DNA from: Mobula hypostoma
Lineage: Eukaryota
Assembly: GCF_963921235.1 (NCBI RefSeq)
Contig: NC_086108.1
Span: 115,446,001-115,510,000 of the forward strand
Length of the DNA: 64,000 nucleotides
Reading direction: 5' to 3'
The notes beneath the pieces were generated by a model. It made no database searches, was not told where the DNA came from, and saw only the letters and a program-made list of their open reading frames with translations. The number at the start of each line of letters is the position of its first letter. Within the stretch, counting starts at the first letter, position 1. Shown piece after piece: positions 23,601-37,125 of the stretch. The position numbers and the translations under genes were made by a program.

Positions 23601-24074
23601 CGGCTGCACAGTGAGGGAGATTAACTGAGGGAGGGAGAGGGATTGATCTCGGAAACATTGCAGCCAATCAGAGCACAGCAAGATCCTACAAAGAGCAATG
23701 GGGACATTGAGTGATAGAATTGTACAACCTGGAAATGGGCCTTTTGGCCCACAGGTCAAAGCCAACCAGGGTACCTGCATATACTGATCCCATTTTGCCC
23801 ACATCTCTCTAAACCTATCTGTGTACCTCTCCAAGTGCCGTTGAGATGATTGTTTGCTCTCTTTTTGCACTACTTAATTAATTTAATTTGCATATATTTC
23901 TAATTGTAATTTAGAGTTTTTAAAAATTACTATGTATTGCAATGTACTGCTGGTGCAAAACAACACATTTCACAACACATGTCAGTGATATTTAATCTGT
24001 TTTGGGTTCAGATTTTGCCTCACCCTCTTCCTCTGGCAGCTCGTACCATATACCCACCACCTCTTGGCTGAAGA

Positions 24075-24670
24075 AGCCATAGAGCACTACAGCACAGAAT
24101 CAGGACCTTCGGCCCATCTGCTCCATGCCAGCCTGTTTCGCTGCTTACTCCCATTGACCTGCACCTGGACCAGAACCCTCCTTAACCCTCCCATCCACGT
24201 ACCTATCCAACCTTCTCTTCAGTTTTGTGATCAAGTCAGCATCCATCACTTGAGCTGGCAGCTTGTTCCACCATCTCACTACCTTTTGAGTGAAGAAGCT
24301 CCCCCTCGTGGTTCTCTTAAACAGTTCACCTTTCACCCCTAACCATTGATCTCCAGTTACAGTTTCACCCAAACTCGGTGGAAAAAACCTGCATGCACTA
24401 ACCCATCTATACTCCTCATAATTCTGTATACTTCTATCAAATCTCCCCTCATTCTCCTAAATTCTAGGGAATAAAGTCCAAACCGATTCAATCTTTCCCT
24501 ATCACGCAGGTCCTCAAGTCCCGGGAACATCCTTGTAAATTTTCCCTGTACTCTTTCAATCTTATGGAAATCTTTCCAGTAGGTCGGTGACCAGAACTAC
24601 ACACAATACTGCAAATTAGGCCTTAACAATGTCTATACAAGTTTAACACAACATCCCATCTCCTGTGCTC
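24075..24670 (-). mobile_element. CR1 LINE 3' fragment
   Basis: ORF 24145-24372 (VKGELFK...FFTQKVVRWWNKLP...KRRLDRYV) is the CR1 C-terminus. Confidence 0.8.
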
Positions 24671-26875
24671 AATGCATTGATTTACTTGTCAGTTCCCTAC
24701 CATTCACTGTGTGTAAAACCCAGTCTGGTTGTCCCTCAGGTTCCTATTAAACTTCTTCCCACTTACTTTATTCCTTTGCTTTCTGGTTTTAGTCTCCCCT
24801 ACCTTGCAGACAAGGCTCAGCTCATCCACATGCCTTTCATGGGGAGAAGATCCAGTCACTCTCTGGACTTCCCCACTTGCTGTGAGCTCCCCAGGGTGAG
24901 GTGGGAGGTGCAGGGGTGGAGAGAGTGCTGAGACACAGGGATTCGGAATTCGGAGAGGGAGGATCCGTTTTTTTGTAAATGTGTCTCAGAATGAGTTCTG
25001 TCCCAGTGGAGGATTAGTCCGAAATGCTGACAAGGAAATAAATTAAAATCCGGAATATGATGGCCGAGTATTAAGGGTGGAGCTGATTTGATTGTTCAGA
25101 GAGGATTAATTTTCTGCTCTGAGCCGCACACACAGCTCCCGATGTGATCCCTGGTCTCTGCGGTCTTCCTGAACCATAACACCCATCACACTGGGGAACC
25201 CGAGCCCTTCCAACCCCGCAGCTGGGCTATGCGCTTTACACCTCGCACCTCAACCCTGTGGGCTTACAGCGAGAGGGCTCGGGTCCAGGGAAGCCCAGAG
25301 GAGGGCCAGGGTGGTGGCTGGGACAGGGGTGATGATGTGAGAAGCTGGGAGGTGACATGTGGAAGAGGTAAAGGCTGGAGAAGAACTAATCTCATAGGAG
25401 GGGAGAGTGGACCATGGGAGAAAGGGAAGGAGAACAACCAGAGGGAGATGGGCTGATGAGGATGCAGGTGACACTTGTTTCTGTATTCTTTGTGTCTATG
25501 ACAAAGGAAATAACTTGTTGGCCACACTGGTAGAATGTGTAGAACCGCTACCTCACAGCGCCAGGGACCTGGGTCCGATATCAACCTCAAGCGCTGCGTG
25601 TGCGCAGCTCTTCCCCTGGGCTTACTGATTCCCCAGGGTGGGGGAGTTGATAGGACTGTGGGGAGAACATGAGGAGATGCGGATTTGGGGTGGAATGGTA
25701 GGGAAGCAGTTAGCACAGTACAATTACAGGTTCAATACCCACGCTGTCAGTAAGGAGTTTGCACGATATCCCGGTGATCGTGTGGGTTTCCTCCCGCAGT
25801 CTGAGGACGTACTGGTCAGTAGGTTAATTGGTCATGTAGATGTAACTGGGCAGTGGGGACCCATTGAGTCGAAGGGCTGGATCTCGAAACAGAATAAAAT
25901 GGTTTAGGTGTAGGTTTGGTGTCCACAGTTGGCTGACGGTCAGCACAGAGCTGATGGACAGAATGGCTTGTTTCTCTGTCATGTGACTGTACAACACAAT
26001 CTTGAGCAGACCACCATGGTCGATGCAGGAGGCTCACCCCCTCCCACCACCTTCTCGGGGGCAGGCAGGGATAGTCGAGAAGAGCTGCTGTTGCTGGCGG
26101 CGCGCAGATACCAAGAATGAATAACTATCTGATGATAAGCCATCGGAACAGAATAAAGCCATTCGGCCCACTGAGCCTGCTCCGCCATCCCATCACGGCT
26201 GATTTATTATCCCTCCTAACCGCATTCTCCTGCCTCTCCCTGTAACCTTTCATTCCCTGACTAATCAAAAACCTATCAATCTCTGCTGTAAATATACCCG
26301 TTGACTTGGCCTTCACATAACGGTGCGGTACGGGTTGTCGGGACTGTACCGGAGCGTCCTGTGTGGTGATGAGGTGAGGCTGGTTCAGATTAGTATTCAC
26401 TCCGTGTACATTTGGTGATTTGTATTCAGACTAAACAACTCAACCGAAGCGGCTCCTAATGTGTCGGCAGTGAGACAATTAGCAGGCAATAACTGGAGAT
26501 TATTCAACTAATCTCTATTTAATCAGGACTGATCTATCACTGGCCGTGCGGGATCAGGGGAACCCAGTGCTGATATATCACTGGACATGACAGAGATTGG
26601 ATTATCGTGATCAGGAAACATTAACACAAGAGCCATGGCGATCGCTGATCTAATTTACAGTGACAGTTCAGGCGAGCGAAGATGAGGCCACCCCATGGCA
26701 GCGGTGGAAGGTGTGTCCGTCCCCTCCTGCAGGTGGTCACACTGAGGACCCCTGCCCTGCGTTGTAGGACCCACCACCCGACTGGACGGATGAACGTGGA
26801 ATGTAGAACTGCACAGCACAGCAACAGACCGCTCGGCCCACAACTCTCTGCTAAACACGATCCAAAATCAAGCTA

Positions 26876-26988
26876 CAGGAATTCTGCAGATGCTGGAATG
26901 AAGGGTCTCGGCCTGAAACGTCGACTGCGCCTCTTCCTATAGATGCTGCCTGGCCTGCTGCGTTCACCAGCAACTTTGATGTATGTTG
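26876..26988. mobile_element. 113-bp Penelope-derived mini-insertion (inverted tail plus truncated hammerhead region)
   Basis: Perfect 14-bp flanking duplication CCAAAATCAAGCTA at 26862-26875 and 26989-27002. Confidence 0.85.
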
Positions 26989-27364
26989 CCAAAATCAAGC
27001 TAAATCTATTCTGCCTGTGTCCCTCTCTTCTCCGCACACTCCCCATTGTACCTCCTTCCAACACCACACTTCATGGCTCATTCTAGCTACCAACACTCCA
27101 CAGGCAAAAACGTTGTCCTGCTCATCTCCTTTGAATTTTTCCTTCTCCTTTTAAACTTACGCCCTCTGCTATTGGACATTTCCACCTTGGAAAAAGGTTA
27201 GCAAGTCTGTCTACTCGATCTATGCCTGTCACAGTTTTATAAACCTCTCTCCGCCCCCTCCTCAGCCTCTGCCGCTCCAGAGAAAACAACCTAAGTTTGC
27301 ATCCCGGTGAACTTCTCCAAAGCCGCCTCATCTTTCCTGTGCTCGTCCATCCTTGCTGTGGTTA

Positions 27365-30270
27365 AATACAGGTAGCGTTCAGAATAAACTGGAGAAACTC
27401 GTGGCACAATTAGAGATTGGCCATAGACGGGAGCTTAACATCAAAGGATATACTTTGTATCGAAAGGACAGGCAGGAAGGCACAGGCGGTGGTGTGGCTC
27501 TGGTGGTGAGAGATGGAATTTAGAAAGAAGTGACATAGGCTCAGAGAATGGTGAATCTGTGGGTGGAGCTAAGAAACTGTAAGGGTTAAAAAAACATTAT
27601 GGGAATCATATGACGTCAGTCCTGACGAAGGGTCTCGGCCTGAAACTTCGACTGTACCTCTTCCTAGAGATGCTGCCTGGCCTGCTGCGTTCACCAGCAA
27701 CTTTAATGTGTGTTGCTTGAATTTCCAGCATCTGCAGAATTCCTCTTGTGTGGGAATCATATATAGGCTTCCAAATTGTGGCTAAGACGTGGGGTTAAGA
27801 TTGCAAAGGGAACTAGAAAAGGCATGTAACAAGGGTTATGACACAATTGTAATGGAGGATTTCAATATGCAAGGGGATTGGGAAAATCAGGTTGCTGTCG
27901 GATTGCAAGAGAGGGAATTTGTTGAATGTCTACTAGATGGTTTTTTTTAGAGCAGCTTGTGCTTGACCCTACTCAGGGAAAGGCTATCTTAGATTGGGTG
28001 CTGTGTAATAACTCAGATCTTATTAGGAGCTTAATGTAAGGGAACCCTTAGGAGGCAGTGATCATAATATAATTGAATTCATACCGCACTTTGAGAGGGA
28101 GAAGCGTAACTCATGTATCCGTATCACAATGGAATAAAGGAAATTATGGAGACATGAGAGAGGAGCTTGCCCAGGTGGATTGGAGGAGGATACTGGCAGG
28201 GATGATGGCAGAGCAGAGATGGCTGAAGTTTCTGGGAATAGTTCACAAGGCACAGGATAGATATGTCCTACAGAGGAAGAAATTCTCAAATGGCAGGGGT
28301 GGGCAACCGTGGCTGACAAGGGAAGATAAGGACTGCAGAAAAGCCAAGGAAAGGGTATATAGGTAGCAAAAGTGAGTGGGAAGGTGGATGATAGGAAAGC
28401 TTTTAAAAGGCAATGAAAAAAGCTATAAGAAGGGAAAAGATGAAATATGAGGGCAACTAGCCAAAAATATAAAACAGGATACCAAAAGTGTTTTCCAATT
28501 ATATAAAGATAAAAGGGAGATGAGAGTTGATATTGGACTACTGGAATATGATACTGGTGAGGTAGTAATGGGGGGGGGGGCAGATGAACTTAGTGAGTAC
28601 TTTGCATCTGTCTTCACTGTGGAAGATACTAACAGTGTGCCAGAGGTCCGTGAGTGTCAGAGAGCAGGAGTGAGTGTCATTGCTATTACAAAGGAAAAAG
28701 GGTAAGGCAAACTCAAAGGTCTTAAGGTGGATAAGTCTCTGGACCAGATGGACTACTTCCCAGAGTCCTGAGAGAGGTTGCTGAAGAGATAATGGATGCA
28801 TTAGTCATGATCTTTCAAAAATCACCAGATTCTGGCGTGGTCCTGGAGGACTGTAAGATTGCAAATGTCACTCTACTCTTTAAGAAGGGAGGAAGGCAAA
28901 AGAAAGAAAATTATAGGCTAGTGAGCCTTACTTCAGTGGTTGGGAAAGTGTTGGAGTCTATTATTAAGGGTGAGGTTTCAGAGTACATGGAGACTAATGA
29001 TAAAATAAGTCTAAGTCAGAATGGTTTCTGTAAAGGGAAATGTTGCCTGACAAATCTTACAGTTCTTCGAGGAAGTAACAAGCAGGGTGGACAAAGGAGA
29101 GGCAGTGGATGTCATTTACTTGGACTTCCAGAAGTCATTTGATGAAGTGCCTCACAGGAGGCTGCTTAACAAGATAAATTTCTATGGTGTTACAAGAAAT
29201 ATACTGACATGGATAGAGGAATGGCTGACAGGCAGGAGGCAGCAACTTCCACTGGTTGTCTGCCAGTGACTAGTAGTTCCTCAGGGGTCAGTATTGGGAC
29301 CACTGCTTTTTACATTGTTTGTCAATGATTTGAATAATGGAATTGGTGGCTCTGTGGCAAAGTTTGCAGATGATACGAAGATAGGTGGAGGGGTAGGTAG
29401 TGCTGAGGAAGCAATGCGATTGCAGCAGGACTTAGACAAATTGGAAGAATGGGTAAAAAAGTGGCAGAAGGAATACAGTGTTGGGAAATGAATGAAAATG
29501 CATTTTGGTAAAAGGAACTATTATCTAAATGGGGAGAAGGTTCAAACATCAGAGGTGCAGAGGAACTTAGGAGTCCTCATGCAAGACTCCCAGAAGGTTA
29601 ATTTACAGGTTGTGTCTGTGGTAAAGAAGGCAAATGCAATGTTGGCATTTATTTCATGGGGAATAGAATATAAAAACAAGGAGATACTGCTGAGCCTTTA
29701 TAAGACACTAGTCAGGCCGTACTTGGAGTATTGTCAACAGTTTTGGGCCCCATATCTCAGAAGGGATGTGTTGTCATTGGAGAGAGTCCAGAGGAGGTGC
29801 ATGAGGATGATTCCAGGAATGAAGGGGTTAACATATGAGGAGCGTTTGGCAGCTTTGGGCCTGTACTCACTGGAATTTAGAAGAATGCATGGGGATCTCA
29901 ATGAAACCTACTGAATGTTGAAAGGACTAGATAGGGTGGATGTGGAGAGGATGTTTCCTCTGGTGGAGGTATCCAGAACTAGAGGCACAGCCTCAAAACT
30001 GAGGGGTGACCTTTTAGAACAGAGATAAGAAGGGCTATACTTCGCCAGAGAGTAGTGATTCTGTGAAATGTTCTGCCACAAAGTGCGATGGAGGCCAAGT
30101 CCGTGGGTATACTTAAGGTGAAAGTTAACAGTTTCCTGATCGGTCAGGGTATCATAGAATATGGTGAGACAGGTGTAAGGGGTTGAGTGGGATCCAGGGT
30201 CAGCCGGGATGGAATGGCGGAGCAGACTCGATGGGCAGAATGGCCTAATTCTGCTCCTATGTCTCATGGT
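27365..30270 (+). mobile_element. CR1 LINE ORF2 (APE endonuclease plus RT), decayed
   Basis: YRKDRQEG.GGGVAL, MEDFN, LDWVLCN, NYRLVSLTSVVGKVLE, VDVIYLDFQK, PQGSVLGP, KFADDTK, YKTLVRPYLEYC, then a CR1 3' tail. Many stops. Confidence 0.92.
27612..27750 (+). mobile_element. 139-bp Penelope pseudo-LTR mini-element with hammerhead motif, inserted in the CR1
   Basis: 12-bp duplication TGGGAATCATAT at 27600-27611 and 27751-27762; CAGTC-CTGACGA...GAAAC-TTC-GACTG at 27617-27654. Confidence 0.85.
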
Positions 30271-30494
30271 ATTCCTGTAATGGGGTGAGCAGAACTGCAC
30301 ACCAATCTGCAGATGGGGCCAAACTAATGTCTTATACAACTGCAGATTGGCTTCTGAGCTCTTGCACTCATTGTCCTGAGTACTGAGCAAGTGTGCTACG
30401 TTCCTTCTGTACTTTCAGTGAGCTGTGGACTGGGCCTCACGATACCTCCATACAGCAGTCCTGTTAAAGATCCAGCCATTCACTGAAAAGCAAG

Positions 30495-30660
30495 GAGCAC
30501 ACACAAAATGCTGGAGGAACTCAGCAGGACTTCTGAAGGGTCTCGGCCTGAAATGCCGACTGTACTCTTTTCCGTAGTGCTGCCTGGCCAGTTGAATTCC
30601 TCCAGCATTTTGTGTGTGTTACTAAGATTTTCAGCATCTGCAGATTTTCTCTTGTTTATT
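30495..30660 (+). mobile_element. Penelope-derived mini-insertion with inverted end
   Basis: CACACAAAATGCTGGAGGAA and its reverse complement flank a degenerate hammerhead region. Confidence 0.7.
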
Positions 30661-30819
30661 AAGTGAATACTATCAATTTCCATTTCAGGGAGTGGGGGGA
30701 GGGTAGGTCTGAGGGTTGCGAGGCAGAGGGGTGAAGAGTCAAGGTGGGGGCAGTGGTATTTCCAGAGCTCAGGGCCCAGGCAGGTGAAGGCCCAACCATC
30801 AGTCATGAAGTCATAGATC

Positions 30820-32360
30820 ACTACAGCAAAGATACAGGCACCTCAGATAAAATAGTCCATACTGAACCATTAACCTGTCTCATCCCATCAACCTCTTCCC
30901 AGACCATAAACCTCCATACCCCACCTATCCAAATTTCTCTGAAATGTGAAAATCAAACTCCATCTCGATCCACATTCTCAATATTCTCTAAGTGAAGAAG
31001 TTCCCCTTAAACATTTCACCTTTCACCCTTAACCCATAAACTCTAGTTGCAGTCTCACACTAGCACAATAGAAATAGCCTGTTTGCATTTACCCTGTCTA
31101 TACCCCTCATAGATTTGTATACCTCTGGCAAATCTTCTCTAACATTTTTAACCTTTCCCTATAGCTCAGGTCCTCAAGTTCCAGCACCATCTGTGTAAAT
31201 TTTGTCTGTGCTCTTATCGATATCTTTCCTGTAGGTAGGTGACCAAAACTGGACACAATGATCCAAATTAGGCCTCATCAACCTCTTGTACAACTTCAAT
31301 ACAACATCTCATCTCCTGTAATTAATGCATTGATTTTTCAAGGCCAATGTGCAAAAGCTTTCTTTATGACTCCACCTGCCATATTTCAGCCCATTTTTCC
31401 AGCTAGTCCAGACACTGCAGCATGATGTTATAGTCTTCCGAGCTGTCTACTACACTTTCAATCCTGGTCTCATCCACAATTTGCTGATATAGCTTCTCAT
31501 ATTATCATCCAGATTACTGATACAGATGACAAATAACAAAGCAGCCAGCACTGATCCCTGTGGCACTCCACTAGTCACAGACCTCCAGTCAGAGAGGCAA
31601 CCCTCTACTGCCACTCTCTGACTTCCCCCACAAAGCCAATGTCTAATCCAGTTTGCTACCTCATCTTAAATGCCAAGCGACTGAACCTTTTTGACCTAAC
31701 TCCCATGCAGGACCTCGTCAAAGGCCTTTCTAAGGCCCATGCAGATGACATCCGTTGCCTTGCCTTCATCTACTTTCCTAGTAACTTCCTCAAAAATCTG
31801 TATAAAATTGACTAGACATGACCTACCATGCACAAAGCCATGTTAACTATCCTTAATCAGTCCATGTCCAAGCAAATACTTACAGTATATACAGTATCCG
31901 GTCTCTCGGAATATTAATTTACCCACTACTGATGTCAAGTTCACTGGCCTATAATTTCCTGACTTATTCTTGGAGCCTTTGTTAAACAGCAGAACAACAT
32001 TGACTATCCTCCAGTCTTCTGGCACTTCCCTGTGGCTGAGGATGAGTTAAATATCTCTGCTAGGGCCCCAGCCATTTGCCTCCCACAGCCCTGGGAACAC
32101 CTCGTCAGGCCCTGGGGATTTATCCACCCTAATGTGCTTCAGGGTAGCAAACACTGTCATCTGTACAGAGTTCATGACCCAGTTGCTGCTTTGCCTCACT
32201 TCTGTAGGCTCTGTATCTGTCTCCCAAGTTAATAAAATTCAAGAAATCCATTTAAGATCTGACCCCACATCTCCTCCAGCTCCATGACGGATTGCCTCTC
32301 TGATCTTCCAGAGGGACTTTGTCCCTCTCTATCCTTTTTACTCTAAATACATCCAGAGAA
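30820..32360 (-). mobile_element. CR1 LINE RT fragments
   Basis: PEDWRIVNVVLLFNKGSKNKSGNYRPVNLTSVVGKL (31843-32025) and further decayed RT motifs. Confidence 0.8.
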
Positions 32361-32659
32361 TCTCTTGTATCTTGCATGCAAGTCAGTGGTGTCCAGGCAG
32401 AGTAGGAGGTCGGAATGGAACGACAGAGGGGTGGCCAGAGACAGAGGAGCAGGGGGGGCAGGGGATCTCCGAGGGGCAAATAGTCACGTGGTCCAGAGAA
32501 GGATTCAGAGAGGGGGGGCAAAGAGTGGAGGAGGTCAGAGACAGTGTGAGGAATCATGGTGGGGTGTACCCCCAGAGTCTGGGGAAGGTAAATGGTCAGG
32601 GGTGAAGAGGCAGATATGGGGAGTGAGTCTCAGAGAAGGTGAGAGATGCAGTGGGTCAA

Positions 32660-33300
32660 AGACAGGGAGAGGTGAGGGGTGAGGGGTACAGGGTCAGGGA
32701 GGGGTGAGGGGGGTACAGGGTCAGGGAGGGGTGAGGGTACAGTAGGTCAGGGAGGCATGAGGGGTGAGGGGTAAAGGGTCAGCGAGGGGTGAGGGGGTAC
32801 ACGGTCAGCGAGGGGTACAGTGAGTCAGGGAGAGGTGAGAGGTGAGGGATACAGTGAGTCAGGGAGGGGTGAAGGGTGGGGGGTACAGGGTCAGGGAGGG
32901 GTGAAGGGTGGGGGGTACAGGGTCAGGGAGGGGTGAAGGGTGGGGGGTACAGGGTCAGGGAGGGGTGAAGGGTGAGGGGTACAGTGGGTCAGGGAGGGGT
33001 GAGGGGGTCAGTGAGTCAGCAAGGGGTGAGGGGTGAGAGGTACAGGGTCAGGGAAGGGTGAGGGTGACAGTGGGTCAGGGAGGGGTGAGGGGTTTAGTGG
33101 GTCAGGGAGGGGTGAGGGGTACAGTGGGTCAGGGAGGGGTGAGGGGTGAGGGGTTCAGTGAGTAAGGGAGGGGTGAGGGGTAAAGGGTCAGCGAGGGGTG
33201 AGGGGTGAGAGGTACAGGTCAGGGAGGGGTGAGGGGTTCAGTAGGTCAGGGAGGGGTGAGGGGTACAGTGGGTCAGGGAGGGGTGAGGGGTGAGGGGTAC
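32660..33300. repeat. G-rich degenerate minisatellite (GGGAGGGGTGAGGGGTACAG(T)GGGTCA)
   Basis: Visible tandem G-tract units. Confidence 0.9.
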
Positions 33301-35871
33301 AGAGACTGGCCTACAGAGACTGTGTTCACTGTGTGGGCTCACGGGCATTTCCGAGAGATGTGATCGGGTGTCTCCCTGAAATCAGTGTCCATTTCAACCA
33401 GTCCCACCAGTCCGCCTTTCCCACTCTGAAGCCGCAGTGATGCTGGCCCTGGGGATCCAGACAACAACCTCTCGATGATCCACGTCTCTTCCACTGACAT
33501 ACCCGATCTTAATGTTCAAAGTTCAATGTAATTTTATTGTCAAAGTACAATATACACCCTTAGATTTATTTTCTTGTGGGCATTCACAGTAAATACAAAG
33601 AAACACAATAGAATCAATGAAAGAACACACACAATAAAGACAGGCAAACAACCAATATACAAAGACAACAAACTACGCAAATAGGAAAGAGAAAGAAAAC
33701 AAAATAATAATGCTGAATAAATAAACAATAAATATTGAGAACCTGAGATGAGGAATCTTTGAAAGTGAGTCCGTAGGTTGTGGGATCAGTTCAGTGTTGG
33801 GGTGAGTGACAGTGATTTAAAGACCAGAGCAATGTGACATTGACATTGACAGTGAATGTATCACCAAAGGTGGGGTCCAGGCGACGTTCCTCCACTCTCC
33901 AGACCCAGCTTGTGAGCCGGCCTGTCTCCCCCCTGACAAATCCCCTGGGGGCTTGACACACAGAATTCCCATCTCCCTGCTCGTGGTGGTCTGCAGTCTG
34001 CTGGTGAACTCTCTGCACTGATCCCTCACTGAAATCATCATCTGGAGGCTCTGGCCTGTGGGAGGCTGGATGAGTCACCCTGTGACGTCTCAGAGGATTC
34101 CCACCTCCTTCTCCTTGCTCTGAGACCGGCTCCCCGGGATGCGCTACGTCTCAAGTTTGCGCGGGTGGTGACTGGTGGGGGTGTGGATGGAGAGGAGACA
34201 TCACCTGAGACCGGGGCTGTTAATATCACATGCCGTACCCACATTTTCTTCTCCCTTTGGTCCCAGGGTTTGAATACAGGGCAGTGGGGCTTGATGATCA
34301 GAAATCAGAGTACCGAGTACAGAAATTAGGATGTTATGTTGGAGTGGTGGGGAAGCGGTTGGAGCTCAGGGTGTTGGCATGTCAGAATCTGATGTTTGGG
34401 ATTTGGCTCCGACACCGTCTGTAAGGAGATTGTGTGCTCCTCCCCATGAGCGTGTGACTTTTCTCGGGTGCTCTGGTTTCCTCCTACATTGCAAAGATGT
34501 ACCAGTTAGTAGATTAATTGGTCATTGTAAATTGTCCTGCGATTAGGCTGGGGATAAATCAGGGGATTACTGGGCGGTCTGGCTTGTTGGCCCTGAGGGG
34601 CCTGTTCCACACTGTACCTCTAAATTAACAGACAAGGCCTAATTTGGAGTATTGTGCAGCGCTCGAGTCACCTGCTGACAGAAAAAAAATCAGAAAGTGG
34701 CTCCCCCAGAATAGACAGGGTTGGTGAAGGAGGCTTTTGGTATGCTGCCCTTCATCGGTCGAGAACTGGAGCCTTATATTACAGCTGTGCAAGATGCTCG
34801 CGAGACCAGGCATGGAGTATTGCGTGCGGTATTTGTCTCCTGCGAGCGTGAAGGGTGTTATTGAACTGAAAGGGTGCAGAAATGATTCCCCACTTTACAG
34901 TGATATAACCCAGTGTTAACTTTGCTCTCTACGCCCTTTGTTACCTCAGCTCAAGTAATTAAGTCAGAATTTCATTACTATTCCTACAATTTGACAAGGT
35001 ATCTCATGGTAGGCTGATTCAGAAGATTAAAGCACACGGTTGCAGAGTAACTAATAGATTGGATTCAAAATTAGTTTGGTTATAAAGAGAAGCGGTGGAG
35101 GGTGTTGATCTGTCGGCTGGCACTCACAGTGATCAGCAGTGGGACACTGTTTGTGAGGTATTGACCATGGGACATAGAACATTTCATCACAGCGCAGGCC
35201 AGACCTTTTGGCCCACAATGTTGTACCAACCCCTTTACTCAAAGATTACTAGAACTCTTACCCCTTACATAACCCTCTATCATCCATGTGCCTATCTAAG
35301 GGTCTCTTAAATGTCGCCAATGTATCTGCCTCTACCCCACCCCAGCAGTGTGTTCCACACACCCACCACTGTAAAAAAACCTACTTCTTACACCCCTCCA
35401 TACTTTCTTCCAATCACCTTAAAATTATGCCCTCTCATATTAGCTATTTCCACCCTGGGAAAGTCTCGGACTGTCATCTTGATCTATGCCTATCATCTTG
35501 TACACCTCTGTCATATCACCTCTCATTCTCCTTCATTCCAAAGAGAAAAGTCCTAGCTCACTCAACCTATCCTCATACCATATGCTCTCCGATCTATGCA
35601 GCATCCTAGTAAATCTCCCCTGCATCCTCTAAAGCTTCCACATCCTTCCTATAATGAGGTGACCAGAACTGAACACAATGTTCCAAGTGGGTTTTATAGA
35701 GCTGTAGCATTACCTGACAGCTTTTGAACTCAGTCCCCTGACTAATAAATCCTGACAATATGTGCCTTCTTAACCACCCTGTCAACCAGCATGGCAACTT
35801 TGATGTGGACCTCAAGATCCCACTGTTCCTCCACACTGCTAAGAATACTGCCATTAACACCATAATCTGCC

Positions 35872-36135
35872 ATCTGCGTGGCCAAGTGGTTAAGGTGTCA
35901 GTCTAGTGATTTGAAGGTCGCTAGTTCAAGCATCAGCTGAGGCAACGTGTTGTGTCCTTGAGCAAGGCTCTGCGATGACACCAGTGCCAAGCTGTATTGG
36001 CCCTAGTGCACTTCCCTTGGACAACATTGGTGTGTGGAGAGGGGAGACTTGCAGCATAGGCAACTACCGGTCTTCCATACAACCTTGCCCAGGCCTCAGC
36101 CATCATTGAAATCGATGGACAGCCGAAGAGAGAGA
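35872..36135 (+). mobile_element. tRNA-derived SINE with CORE-like middle and RTE-related tail
   Basis: A-box-like TGGCCAAGTGG, B-box-like AGTTCAAGC, then TGTGTCCTTGAGCAAGGC. The 3' part resembles the reverse complement of 43150-43210. Confidence 0.6.
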
Positions 36136-36894
36136 AAGCCATTGAGAATACAGAATGCACATTAATGATTTGAATGAAATTGGAGATGGTCTGATTAGTA
36201 AGTTTGCAGATAACATAAAACGTGGTGGAATTGTGGACAGGGAGAAATATTACCAAAGGATACAACAGGAGTTTGATCATATCTGGGTGGAGGAAAGGCA
36301 GTTGGATATTAATCTGTAAAGGTGTGAGATCTTGCACTTTGGGAGGTTACATATAGGGAGGAAATACAGAGTAAAAGAGAGGACAATTGATGCAGAGCAG
36401 GGGTTCCCTACCTTTCTTACACCATAGACCAATACTATTAAACAAAGGGTCTGTGAACCCCAATTTGGGAACCACTGGTGATGAGGGATTTTGGGGTGCA
36501 AGTCTATGGCTCCCTGAAAGTGGCAGTAAAGGTGTTAAAGGCAGCAGATGACATACCTGCCTTCACTCCTTGGGGCAGTGAATATAAACATTGGCAAATT
36601 TTGTTACAGCTGTATAAAAATGTGGCTATGCCACATTTGGAGGTTTGTGTGCATTTCTGGTTGTGCCCATTACAGGAAAGATGCAGAGGGTGCTGAAGGT
36701 ACCTGCTAGATTAGAGAATGTTAGCTCCAAAAGATTTAGAAAAAGTTGGGCTGTTTTCTCTGAGGTGAAACCTAACAGAAGACCATGATATGAGAGGCAC
36801 ATACAGGGTTGATATCAGAATCCTTTTGCCAAATACTAGAGAGCAGAAGTTTAAGTTGAGAGGGACAAAACTTAAAGATTGATGAAACAGTATT

Positions 36895-37125
36895 GTGAAT
36901 GGGAGGGTGAACAGCCAGAAGCTGTGAACATATTGGTACCAACGACATAGCAAGAAAAAGGGAGGAGGTCCTGAAAAACTACACAGGAAGTTAGGAAGGA
37001 AGCTGAGAAGCAGGACCTCAAGGGTAGTAATCTCAGGATTACTACTGTGCCATGTGACAGCGAGGATAGGAACAGAATGCGTTGGGAGGTAAATGTGTGG
37101 TTGAAGAACTGGAGCAGAGGGCAGG
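36895..37125 (+). pseudogene. CR1 ORF1 SGNH-esterase-like fragment
   Basis: EQPE..HIGTNDIARKREEVL...LGRKLRSRTSRVVISGLL...NVWLKNW across frameshifts. Confidence 0.7.

Noticed and set aside
22849..23628. His/Thr-rich ORFs
   Set aside because: Translation of a (CA)n microsatellite.
35872..35950. tRNA gene
   Set aside because: The cloverleaf is degenerate and runs into a SINE body, so it is a SINE head.
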